DNA of 64,000 nucleotides from Auanema rhodensis (Eukaryota > Animalia > Nematoda): positions 930,001-994,000 of the forward strand of contig OZ059897.1 of the NCBI GenBank assembly GCA_964057225.1. Direction: 5' to 3'. A model generated the notes under the pieces. It made no database searches and was not told the origin of the DNA. It saw only the letters and a list, made by a program, of their open reading frames with translations. Below are positions 13,660 to 26,068 of the stretch, piece after piece. Both the position numbers and the translations under genes were made by a program. The first letter of the stretch is position 1; every line of letters begins with the position of its first letter.

Positions 13660-16600
13660 TTACAACAAATTCAATTGAATCTAACATGAACTATTTTTTA
13701 GTTTCAAATAGTAGTGAATATCATTGTTTCTTGTAATATTGGATTTGAATATTACTTTGATAGTTATAAGATTTTTGCTACTACATGCCCTGTGTTTACT
13801 GCTCTAGCTAGTTTTCCATTTTTTTTAGATTTTTCATCATCTTGCAACAAATTCATTTGAAGCTAATATGAATTATTTTTTCGTTTTAAAAAGCATTGAA
13901 TATCATTTTTTCGTGTAATAATCGTTTTGAATATTGCTTCGTTTGTTTTAAGATTTTGCTACTGCATAGCTTCAGTTTGCTGCTCTAGCTGGTTTTCAAT
14001 TTTTATTAGATTTTTCATAATCTTGCAACAAATTCATTTGAATCTAATATGAACTATTTTTTCGTTTCAAATAGTAGTGAATTTCATTGTTTCTTGTAAT
14101 GATGGATTTGAATATTGCTTTGTTACCTTTAAGATTTTTGCTACTACATCTCCTGTGTTTACTGCTCTAGCTGGTTTTCCATTTTTATTAGATTTTTCAT
14201 CATCTTGCAACAAATTCATTTGAATCTAACATGAATTTTTTTTTCGTTTTGAAAAGCATTGAATATCATTGTTCCTTATAATATTGGATTTGATTATTGC
14301 TTTGTTAGCTTTAAGATGTTTGCTTCTGCATAGCTTCAGTTTACTGCTCTAGCTGGTTTTCAATTTTTATGAGATTTTTCATCATCTTACAACAAATTCA
14401 ATTGAATCTAACATGAATTATTTTTTCGTTTTGAAAACCATTGAATATCATTGTTCCATGTAATATTGGATTTGATTATTGGTTTGTTAGCTTTATGATT
14501 TTTGCTACTGTTTAGCTTCAGTTTGCTGCTCTAGCTGGTTTTCAATTTTTATTAGATTTTTCACCATCTTGCAACAAATTCATTTGAATCTAATATGAAC
14601 TATTTTTCCGTTTCAAATAGTAGTGAATATCATTGTTTCTTGTAATATTGGATTTGAATATTGCTTTGTTTGCTTTAAGATTTTTGCTACTACATGCCCT
14701 GTGTTTACTGCTCTAGCTAGTTTTCCATTTTTATGAGAATAATCGTCCTGTGACAACAAATTCAATTGAATCTAACATGAATTTTTTTTTTTAAAAAGCA
14801 TCGAATATCATTATTTCTTGTAATGATGGATTTGAATATTGCTTTGTTAGCTTTAAGATGTTTGCTTCTGCATAGCTTCAGTTTACTGCTCTAGCTGGTT
14901 TTCAATTTTTATGAGATTTTTCATCATCTTACAACAAATTCAATTGAATCTAACATAAATTATTTTTTCGTTTTGAAAAGCATTGAATATCATTGTTTCT
15001 TGTAATAATTGATTTGAATACTGCTTTATTAGCTTTAAGATGTTTGCTTCTGCATAGCTTCAGTTTACTGCTCTAGCTGGTTTTCAATTTTTATGAGATT
15101 TTTCATCATCTTACAACAAATTCATTTGAATCTAATATGAACTATTTTTTCGTTTTGAAAAGCATTGAATTTCATTGTTTCTTGTAATAATTGATTTGAA
15201 TACTGCTTTGTTAGCTTTAAGATGTTTGCTACTGTATAGCTGCAGTTTGCTGCTCTAGCTGGTTTTCAATTTTTATGAGATTTTTCATCATCTTACAACA
15301 AATTCAATTGAATCTAACATGAAATATTTTTTCTTTTTAAAAAGCATTGAATATCATTGTTTCTTATAATATTGGATTTGAATATTGCTTCGTTAGTTTT
15401 ATAATTTTTGCTACTACATGTCATGTGTTTACTGCTCTAGCTGGTTTTCAATTTTTATGAGATTGTTCATCATCTTACAACAAATTCAATTGAATCTAAC
15501 ATGAATTATTTTTTCGTTTTAAAAAGCATTGAATTTCATTGTTTCTTGTAATGATGGATTTGAATATTGCTTTGTTTGTTTTAAGATTTTGCTACTGCAT
15601 AGCTTCAGTTTGCTGCTCTAGCTGGTTTTCAATTTTTATTATATTTTTCATCATCTTACAACAAAATTGAATTGAATCTAACATGAATTATTTTTTCGTT
15701 TTAAAAAGCATTGAATTTCATTGTTTCTTGTAATAATTGATTTGAATATTGCTTTGTTAGCTTTAAGATGTTTGCTTCTGCATAGCTTCAGTTTACTGCT
15801 CTAGCTGGTTTTCAATTTTTATGAGATTTTTCATCATCTTACAACAAATTCAATTGAATCTAACATGAACTATTTTTTAGTTTCAAATAGTAGTGAATAT
15901 CATTGTTTCTTGTAATATTGGATTTGAATATTACTTTGATAGTTATAAGATTTTTGCTACTACATGCCCTGTGTTTACTGCTCTAGCTAGTTTTCCATTT
16001 TTTTTAGATTTTTCATCATCTTGCAACAAATTCATTTGAAGCTAATATGAATTATTTTTTCGTTTTAAAAAGCATTGAATATCATTTTTTCGTGTAATAA
16101 TCGTTTTGAATATTGCTTCGTTTGTTTTAAGATTTTGCTACTGCATAGCTTCAGTTTGCTGCTCTAGCTGGTTTTCAATTTTTATTAGATTTTTCATAAT
16201 CTTGCAACAAATTCATTTGAATCTAATATGAACTATTTTTTCGTTTCAAATAGTAGTGAATTTCATTGTTTCTTGTAATGATGGATTTGAATATTGCTTT
16301 GTTACCTTTAAGATTTTTGCTACTACATCTCCTGTGTTTACTGCTCTAGCTGGTTTTCCATTTTTATTAGATTTTTCATCATCTTGCAACAAATTCATTT
16401 GAAGCTAATATGAATTATTTTTTCGTTTTGAAAAGCATTGAATATCATTGTTCTTTGTAATAATTGATTTGAATATTGCTTTGTTAGCTTTAAGATGTTT
16501 GCTTCTGCATAGCTTCAGTTTACTGCTCTAGCTGGTTTTCAATTTTTATGAGATTTTTCATCATCTTACAACAAATTCAATTGAATCTAACATGAATTAT

Positions 16601-19600
16601 TTTTTCGTTTTGAAAAGCATTGAATATCATTGTTCCTTGTAATATTGGATTTGATTATTGCTTTGTTAGCTTTAAGATGTTTGCTTCTGCATAGCTTCAG
16701 TTTACTGCTCTAGCTGGTTTTCAATTTTTATGAGATTTTTCATCATCTTACAACAAATTCAATTGAATCTAACATGAATTATTTTTTCGTTTTGAAAAGC
16801 ATTGAATATCATTGTTCCATGTAATATTGGATTTGATTTTTGCTTTGTTAGCTTTATGATTTTTGCTACTGTTTAGCTTCAGTTTGCTGCTCTAGCTGGT
16901 TTTCAATTTTTATTAGATTTTTCACCATCTTGCAACAAATTCATTTGAATCTAATATGAACTATTTTTCCGTTTCAAATAGTAGTGAATATCATTGTTTC
17001 TTGTAATATTGGATTTGAATATTGCTTTGTTTGCTTTAAGATTTTTGCTACTACATGCCCTGTGTTTACTGCTCTAGCTAGTTTTCCATTTTTATGAGAA
17101 TAATCGTCCTGTGACAACAAATTCAATTGAATCTAACATGAATTTTTTCTTTTTAAAAAGCATCGAATATCATTATTTCTTGTAATGATGGATTTGAATA
17201 TTGCTTTGTTAGCTTTAAGATGTTTGCTTCTGCATAGCTTCAGTTTACTGCTCTAGCTGGTTTTCAATTTTTATGAGATTTTTCATCATCTTACAACAAA
17301 TTCAATTGAATCTAACATAAATTATTTTTTCGTTTTGAAAAGCATTGAATATCATTGTTTCTTGTAATAATTGATTTGAATACTGCTTTGTTAGCTTTAA
17401 GATGTTTGCTACTGTATAGCTGCAGTTTGCTGCTCTAGCTGGTTTTCAATTTTTATGAGATTTTTCATCATCTTACAACAAATTCAATTGAATCTAACAT
17501 GAAATATTTTTTCTTTTTAAAAAGCATTGAATATCATTGTTTCTTATAATATTGGATTTGAATATTGCTTCGTTAGTTTTATAATTTTTGCTACTACATG
17601 TCATGTGTTTACTGCTCTAGCTGGTTTTCAATTTTTATGAGATTGTTCATCATCTTACAACAAATTCAATTGAATCTAACATGAATTATTTTTTCGTTTT
17701 AAAAAGCATTGAATTTCATTGTTTCTTGTAATGATGGATTTGAATATTGCTTTGTTTGTTTTAAGATTTTGCTACTGCATAGCTTCAGTTTGCTGCTCTA
17801 GCTGGTTTTCAATTTTTATTAGATTTTTCATCATCTTACAACAAAATTGAATTGAATCTAACATGAATTATTTTTTCGTTTTAAAAAGCATTGAATTTCA
17901 TTGTTTCTTGTAATGATGGATTTGAATATTGCTTTGTTTGCTTTAAGATTTTTGCTACTACATGCCCTGTGTTTACTGCTCTAGCTGGTTTTCAATTTTT
18001 ATGAGGTTTTTCATCATCTTATAACAAATTCAATTGAATCTAACATAAATTATTTTTTCGTTTTGAAAAGCATTGAATATCATTGTTTCTTGTAATAATT
18101 GATTTGAATACTGCTTTATTAGCTTTAAGATGTTTGCTTCTGCATAGCTTCAGTTTACTGCTCTAGCTGGTTTTCAATTTTTATGAGATTTTTCATCATC
18201 TTACAACAAATTCATTTGAATCTAATATGAACTATTTTTTCGTTTTGAAAAGCATTGAATTTCATTGTTTCTTGTAATAATTGATTTGAATACTGCTTTG
18301 TTAGCTTTAAGATGTTTGCTACTGTATAGCTTCAGTTTGCTGCTCTAGCTGGTTTTCAATTTTTATTAGATTTTTCACCATCTTGCAACAAATTCATTTG
18401 AATCTAATATGAACTATTTTTCCGTTTCAAATAGTAGTGAATATCATTGTTTCTTGTAATATTGGATTTGAATATTGCTTTGTTTGCTTTAAGATTTTTG
18501 CTACTACATGCCCTGTGTTTACTGCTCTAGCTAGTTTTCCATTTTTATGAGAATAATCGTCCTGTGACAACAAATTCAATTGAATCTAACATGAATTTTT
18601 TTTTTTAAAAAGCATCGAATATCATTATTTCTTGTAATGATGGATTTGAATATTGCTTTGTTAGCTTTAAGATGTTTGCTTCTGCATAGCTTCAGTTTAC
18701 TGCTCTAGCTGGTTTTCAATTTTTATGAGATTTTTCATCATCTTACAACAAATTCAATTGAATCTAACATAAATTATTTTTTCGTTTTGAAAAGCATTGA
18801 ATATCATTGTTTCTTGTAATAATTGATTTGAATACTGCTTTGTTAGCTTTAAGATGTTTGCTACTGTATAGCTGCAGTTTGCTGCTCTAGCTGGTTTTCA
18901 ATTTTTATGAGATTTTTCATCATCTTACAACAAATTCAATTGAATCTAACATGAAAAATTTTTTCTTTTTAAAAAGCATTGAATATCATTGTTTCTTATA
19001 ATATTGGATTTGAATATTGCTTCGTTAGTTTTATAATTTTTGCTACTACATGTCATGTGTTTACTGCTCTAGCTGGTTTTCAATTTTTATGAGATTGTTC
19101 ATCATCTTACAACAAATTCAATTGAATCTAACATGAATTATTTTTTCGTTTTAAAAAGCATTGAATTTCATTGTTTCTTGTAATGATGGATTTGAATATT
19201 GCTTTGTTTGTTTTAAGATTTTGCTACTGCATAGCTTCAGTTTGCTGCTCTAGCTGGTTTTCAATTTTTATTATATTTTTCATCATCTTACAACAAAATT
19301 GAATTGAATCTAACATGAATTATTTTTTCGTTTTAAAAAGCATTGAATTTCATTGTTTCTTGTAATAATTGATTTGAATATTGCTTTGTTAGCTTTAAGA
19401 TGTTTGCTTCTGCATAGCTTCAGTTTACTGCTCTAGCTGGTTTTCAATTTTTATGAGATTTTTCATCATCTTACAACAAATTCAATTGAATCTAACATGA
19501 ACTATTTTTTAGTTTCAAATAGTAGTGAATATCATTGTTTCTTGTAATATTGGATTTGAATATTACTTTGATAGTTATAAGATTTTTGCTACTACATGCC

Positions 19601-22600
19601 CTGTGTTTACTGCTCTAGCTAGTTTTCCATTTTTTTTAGATTTTTCATCATCTTGCAACAAATTCATTTGAAGCTAATATGAATTATTTTTTCGTTTTAA
19701 AAAGCATTGAATATCATTTTTTCGTGTAATAATCGTTTTGAATATTGCTTCGTTTGTTTTAAGATTTTGCTACTGCATAGCTTCAGTTTGCTGCTCTAGC
19801 TGGTTTTCAATTTTTATTAGATTTTTCATAATCTTGCAACAAATTCATTTGAATCTAATATGAACTATTTTTTCGTTTCAAATAGTAGTGAATTTCATTG
19901 TTTCTTGTAATGATGGATTTGAATATTGCTTTGTTACCTTTAAGATTTTTGCTACTACATCTCCTGTGTTTACTGCTCTAGCTGGTTTTCCATTTTTATT
20001 AGATTTTTCATCATCTTGCAACAAATTCATTTGAAGCTAATATGAATTATTTTTTCGTTTTGAAAAGCATTGAATATCATTGTTCTTTGTAATAATTGAT
20101 TTGAATATTGCTTTGTTAGCTTTAAGATGTTTGCTTCTGCATAGCTTCAGTTTACTGCTCTAGCTGGTTTTCAATTTTTATGAGATTTTTCATCATCTTA
20201 CAACAAATTCAATTGAATCTAACATGAATTATTTTTTCGTTTTGAAAAGCATTGAATATCATTGTTCCTTGTAATATTGGATTTGATTATTGCTTTGTTA
20301 GCTTTAAGATGTTTGCTTCTGCATAGCTTCAGTTTACTGCTCTAGCTGGTTTTCAATTTTTATGAGATTTTTCATCATCTTACAACAAATTCAATTGAAT
20401 CTAACATGAATTATTTTTTCGTTTTGAAAAGCATTGAATATCATTGTTCCATGTAATATTGGATTTGATTTTTGCTTTGTTAGCTTTATGATTTTTGCTA
20501 CTGTTTAGCTTCAGTTTGCTGCTCTAGCTGGTTTTCAATTTTTATTAGATTTTTCACCATCTTGCAACAAATTCATTTGAATCTAATATGAACTATTTTT
20601 CCGTTTCAAATAGTAGTGAATATCATTGTTTCTTGTAATATTGGATTTGAATATTGCTTTGTTTGCTTTAAGATTTTTGCTACTACATGCCCTGTGTTTA
20701 CTGCTCTAGCTAGTTTTCCATTTTTATGAGAATAATCGTCCTGTGACAACAAATTCAATTGAATCTAACATGAATTTTTTTTTTTAAAAAGCATCGAATA
20801 TCATTATTTCTTGTAATGATGGATTTGAATATTGCTTTGTTAGCTTTAAGATGTTTGCTTCTGCATAGCTTCAGTTTACTGCTCTAGCTGGTTTTCAATT
20901 TTTATGAGATTTTTCATCATCTTACAACAAATTCAATTGAATCTAACATAAATTATTTTTTCGTTTTGAAAAGCATTGAATATCATTGTTTCTTGTAATA
21001 ATTGATTTGAATACTGCTTTGTTAGCTTTAAGATGTTTGCTACTGTATAGCTGCAGTTTGCTGCTCTAGCTGGTTTTCAATTTTTATGAGATTTTTCATC
21101 ATCTTACAACAAATTCAATTGAATCTAACATGAAATATTTTTTCTTTTTAAAAAGCATTGAATATCATTGTTTCTTATAATATTGGATTTGAATATTGCT
21201 TCGTTAGTTTTATAATTTTTGCTACTACATGTCATGTGTTTACTGCTCTAGCTGGTTTTCAATTTTTATGAGATTGTTCATCATCTTACAACAAATTCAA
21301 TTGAATCTAACATGAATTATTTTTTCGTTTTAAAAAGCATTGAATTTCATTGTTTCTTGTAATGATGGATTTGAATATTGCTTTGTTTGTTTTAAGATTT
21401 TGCTACTGCATAGCTTCAGTTTGCTGCTCTAGCTGGTTTTCAATTTTTATTAGATTTTTCATCATCTTACAACAAAATTGAATTGAATCTAACATGAATT
21501 ATTTTTTCGTTTTAAAAAGCATTGAATTTCATTGTTTCTTGTAATGATGGATTTGAATATTGCTTTGTTTGCTTTAAGATTTTTGCTACTACATGCCCTG
21601 TGTTTACTGCTCTAGCTGGTTTTCAATTTTTATGAGGTTTTTCATCATCTTATAACAAATTCAATTGAATCTAACATAAATTATTTTTTCGTTTTGAAAA
21701 GCATTGAATATCATTGTTTCTTGTAATAATTGATTTGAATATTGCTTTGTTAGCTTTAAGATGTTTGCTTCTGCATAGCTTCAGTTTACTGCTCTAGCTG
21801 GTTTTCAATTTTTATGAGATTTTTCATCATCTTACAACAAATTCAATTGAATCTAACATGAACTATTTTTTAGTTTCAAATAGTAGTGAATATCATTGTT
21901 TCTTGTAATATTGGATTTGAATATTACTTTGATAGTTATAAGATTTTTGCTACTACATGCCCTGTGTTTACTGCTCTAGCTAGTTTTCCATTTTTTTTAG
22001 ATTTTTCATCATCTTGCAACAAATTCATTTGAAGCTAATATGAATTATTTTTTCGTTTTAAAAAGCATTGAATATCATTTTTTCGTGTAATAATCGTTTT
22101 GAATATTGCTTCGTTTGTTTTAAGATTTTGCTACTGCATAGCTTCAGTTTGCTGCTCTAGCTGGTTTTCAATTTTTATTAGATTTTTCATAATCTTGCAA
22201 CAAATTCATTTGAATCTAATATGAACTATTTTTTCGTTTCAAATAGTAGTGAATTTCATTGTTTCTTGTAATGATGGATTTGAATATTGCTTTGTTACCT
22301 TTAAGATTTTTGCTACTACATCTCCTGTGTTTACTGCTCTAGCTGGTTTTCCATTTTTATTAGATTTTTCATCATCTTGCAACAAATTCATTTGAAGCTA
22401 ATATGAATTATTTTTTCGTTTTGAAAAGCATTGAATATCATTGTTCTTTGTAATAATTGATTTGAATATTGCTTTGTTAGCTTTAAGATGTTTGCTTCTG
22501 CATAGCTTCAGTTTACTGCTCTAGCTGGTTTTCAATTTTTATGAGATTTTTCATCATCTTACAACAAATTCAATTGAATCTAACATGAATTATTTTTTCG

Positions 22601-22920
22601 TTTTGAAAAGCATTGAATATCATTGTTCCTTATAATATTGGATTTGATTATTGCTTTGTTAGCTTTAAGATGTTTGCTACTGTATAGCTGCAGTTTGCTG
22701 CTCTAGCTGGTTTTCAATTTTTATTAGATTTTTCACCATCTTGCAACAAATTCATTTGAATCTAATATGAACTATTTTTTCGTTTCAAACAGTAGTGAAT
22801 ATCATTGTTTCTTGTAATATTGGATTTGAATATTGCTTTGTTAGCTTTAAGATTTTTGCTATTACATGCCCTGTGTTTACTGCTCTAGCTATTTTTCCAT
22901 TTTTATGAGATTAATCGCCC
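13660..22920 (+). repeat. Diverged sub-domain of satellite A organised as a ~12-mer (2179 bp) HOR, with 8- and 13-mer variants and a 20-mer (3632 bp) duplication
   Basis: The AATCG(T/C)CCTGTGA marker occurs at 14741, 17102, 18555, 20734 and 22913 (spacings 2361, 1453, 2179, 2179). The GTTACC marker occurs at 14122, 16301, 19933 and 22294. Rare markers pair at 15641/19273 and 18001/21632, 3631-3632 bp apart. Boundaries are approximate. Confidence 0.85.
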
Positions 22921-25040
22921 TGTGATAACAAATTCATTTGAATCTAATATGAATTATTTTTTCGTTTTGAAAAGCACTGAATATCATTTTTTCGTGTAAT
23001 AGTCGTTTTGAATATTGCTTTGTTTGCTTTAAGATTTTTGCTACTACATGCCCTGTGTTTACTGCTCTAGCTAGTTTTCCATTTTTATGAGAATATTCGT
23101 CCTGTGACAACAAATTCATTTGAATCTAATATGAATTATTTTTTCTTTTTAAAAAGCATTGAATTTCATTGTTTCTGGTAATGATGGATTTGAATATTGC
23201 TTCGTTTGTTTTAAGATTTTGCTACTGCATAGCTTCAGTTTGCTGCTCTAGCTGGTTTTCAATTTTTATTAGATTTTTCATAATCTTGCAACAAATTCAT
23301 TTGAATCTAATATGAACTATTTTTTAGTTTCAAATAGTAGTGAATATCATTGTTTCTTGTAATATTGGATTTGAATATTACTTTGATAGTTATAAGATTT
23401 TTGCTACTACATGCCCTGTGTTTACTGCTCTAGCTAGTTTTCCATTTTTATTAGATTTTTCATCATCTTGCAACAAATTCATTTGAAGCTAATATGAATT
23501 ATTTTTTCGTTTTAAAAAGCATTGAATATCATTTTTTCGTGTAATAATCGTTTTGAATATTGCTTCGTTTGTTTTAAGATTTTGCTACTGCATAGCTTCA
23601 GTTTGCTGCTCTAGCTGGTTTTCAATTTTTATTAGATTTTTCATAATCTTGCAACAAATGCATTTGAATCTAATATGAACTATTTTTTCGTTTCAAATAG
23701 TAGTGAATATCATTGTTTCTTGTAATATTGGATTTGAATATTACTTTGATAGTTATAAGATTTTTGCTACTACATGCCCTGTGTTTACTGCTCTAGCTGG
23801 TTTTCAATTTTTATGAGATTGTTCATCATCTTACAACAAATTCAATTGAATCTAACATGAATTATTTTTTCGTTTTAAAAAGCATTGAATTTCATTGTTT
23901 CTTGTAATGATGAATTTGAATATTGCTTTGTTAGCTTTAAGATGTTTGCTTCTGCATAGCTTCAGTTTACTGCTCTAGCTGGTTTTCAATTTTTATGAGA
24001 TTTTTCATCATCTTACAACAAATTCAATTGAATCTAACATGAATTATTTTTTCGTTTTAAAAAGCATTGAATTTCATTGTTTCTTGTAATGATGGATTTG
24101 AATATTGCTTTGTTAGCTTTAAGATGTTTGCTTCTGCATAGCTTCAGTTTACTGCTCTAGCTGGTTTTCAATTTTTATGAGATTTTTCATCATCTTACAA
24201 CAAATTCAATTGAATCTAACATGAATTATTTTTTCGTTTTAAAAAGCATTGAATTTCATTGTTTCTTGTAATGATGGATTTGAATATTGCTTTGTTAGCT
24301 TTAAGATGTTTGCTACTGTATAGCTGCAGTTTACTGCACTAGCTAGTTTTCAATTTTTATTAGATTTTTCATAATCTTGCAATAAATTCATTTGAATCTA
24401 ATATGAACTATTTTTTAGTTTCAAATAGTAGTGAATATCTTTGTTTCTTGTAATATTGGATTTGAATATTACTTTGATAGTTATAAGATTTTTGCTACTA
24501 CATGCCCTGTGTTTACTGCTCTAGCTAGTTTTCCATTTTTATTAGATTTTTCATCATCTTGCAACAAATTTATTTGAAGCTAATATGAATTATTTTTTCG
24601 TTTTAAAAAGCATTGAATTTCATTGTTTCTTGTAATGATGGATTTGAATATTGCTTTGTTAGCTTTAAGATGTTTGCTACTGTATAGCTGCAGTTTACTG
24701 CACTAGCTAGTTTTCAATTTTTATTAGATTTTTCATAATCTTGCAACAAATTCATTTGAATCTAATATGAACTATTTTTTAGTTTCAAATAGTAGTGAAT
24801 ATCTTTGTTTCTTGTAATATTGGATTTGAATATTACTTTGATAGTTATAAGATTTTTGCTACTACATCTCCTGTGTTTACTGCTCTAGCTGGTTTTCCAT
24901 TTTTATTAGATTTTTCATCATCTTGCAACAAATGCATTTGAATCTAATATGAACTATTTTTTCGTTCAGTAGTGAGTATCATTGTTTCTTGTAATATTGG
25001 ATTTGAATATTACTTTGATAGTTATGAGATTTTTACTACA

Positions 25041-25732
25041 CGAAAAAATAGTTCAAATGAATTTGTTGTCACAGGACGATTTATCTCATAAAAATTGAAA
25101 ACCAACTAGAGGCAGCAAACTGAAGCTATGCAGAAGCAAAAATCTTAAAACTAATGAAGCATTATTCAAATCAATTATTACAAGAAACTGATATTCAATG
25201 CTTTTCAAAACGAAAAAATAATTCATGTTAGATTCAAATGAATTTGTTGTAAGATGATGAACAATCTCATAAAAATTGAAAACCAGCTAGAGCAGTAAAC
25301 ACATGACATGTAGTAGCAAAAATCATAAAACTAACGAAGCAATATTCAAATCCAATATTATAAGAAACAATGATATTCAATGCTTTTTAAAACGAAAAAA
25401 TAATTCATGTTAGATTCAATTGAATTTGTTGTAAGATGATGAACAATCTCATAAAAATTGAAAACCAGCTAGAGCAGTAAACACATGACATGTAGTAACA
25501 AAAATCATAAAACTAACGAAGCAATATTCAAATCCAATATTACAAGAAACAATGATATTCAATGCTTTTCAAAACGAAAAAATAATTCATGTTAGATTCA
25601 ATTGAATTTGTTGTAAGATGATGAACAATCTCATAAAAATTGAAAACCAGCTAGAGCAGTAAACACAGGAGATGTAGTAGCAAAAATCTTAAAGGTAATA
25701 AAGCAATATTCAAATCCATCATTACAAGAAAC
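25041..25732 (-). repeat. Inverted block of satellite A, about 3.8 monomers
   Basis: The sequence is the reverse complement of monomer A. For example, cataaaaattgaaaaccagctagagcag is the reverse complement of ctgctctagctggttttcaatttttatg. The block starts cgaaaaaatagttca at 25041 and ends attacaagaaac at 25732. Confidence 0.97.
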
Positions 25733-26068
25733 GTGAACTCATATCAGTTGATTTCTCGGTTCCTTTTTAAGCTAGCGCAAGTCTGATAAGACAGATCGAC
25801 GCAGCTCAAAAATGGGCATGTGAACGCACTATACTTCTTTGAGAAACGCTTAATACGAAAATTAGTTATGATTGTTCGTGTATGTTGAGTTTCCATGTAC
25901 ACTCAACATTGCTTCCAAAAACATTTTGACAAAAATTTTCCCAAAAAATTTCAAGATAATTTTACAAAAAGTAGATGTTTTTAGATTCCTTTTTTCAAGG
26001 CAAAGACGATGGACAATGTTATTCAACGAAAAAATTAATTCTTCAGGGTGAAAATCGAGGATATAAGT
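25733..26068 (+). repeat. Divergent chimeric first monomer of satellite B (336 bp)
   Basis: The first ~145 bp carry many private changes (atttctcggttcc, caagtctgataagac, aatgggcatgtgaacgcac, cttctttgag). Near 25877, tgaaaaatgatgcatta is replaced by c. The remainder is near consensus. Confidence 0.9.

Larger units (their letters stand above)
1..25040 (+). repeat. Satellite A tandem array, 181-182 bp monomer, about 138 copies, truncated by the window start
   Basis: CATCATCTT recurs at 21, 203, 385, 567, 749, 931 (period 182) and 1112 (181, one T lost in GATTTT(T)GCT). The first monomer has 48 G+C in 182 bp (26%). The last forward monomer is degenerate and ends at ...ttttactaca (25040). Confidence 0.98.

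Noticed and set aside
22934-23119. 61-aa minus-strand ORF
   Set aside because: It spans one diverged satellite A monomer and is a chance open frame absent from the other copies.
25030-25745. Inverted block as a transposon insertion with target-site duplication
   Set aside because: It is entirely satellite A sequence, the two flanks are different satellites, and no terminal repeats or duplicated target site are seen.
26030-26050. Hammerhead ribozyme (retrozyme-like satellite): the minus strand has CUGAAGA, and CUGAUGA in one copy near 44292
   Set aside because: I could not find a stem II closed next to a GAAA, nor a stem III/UH cleavage site in the required arrangement. An Infernal or RNAMotif hammerhead search would settle it.
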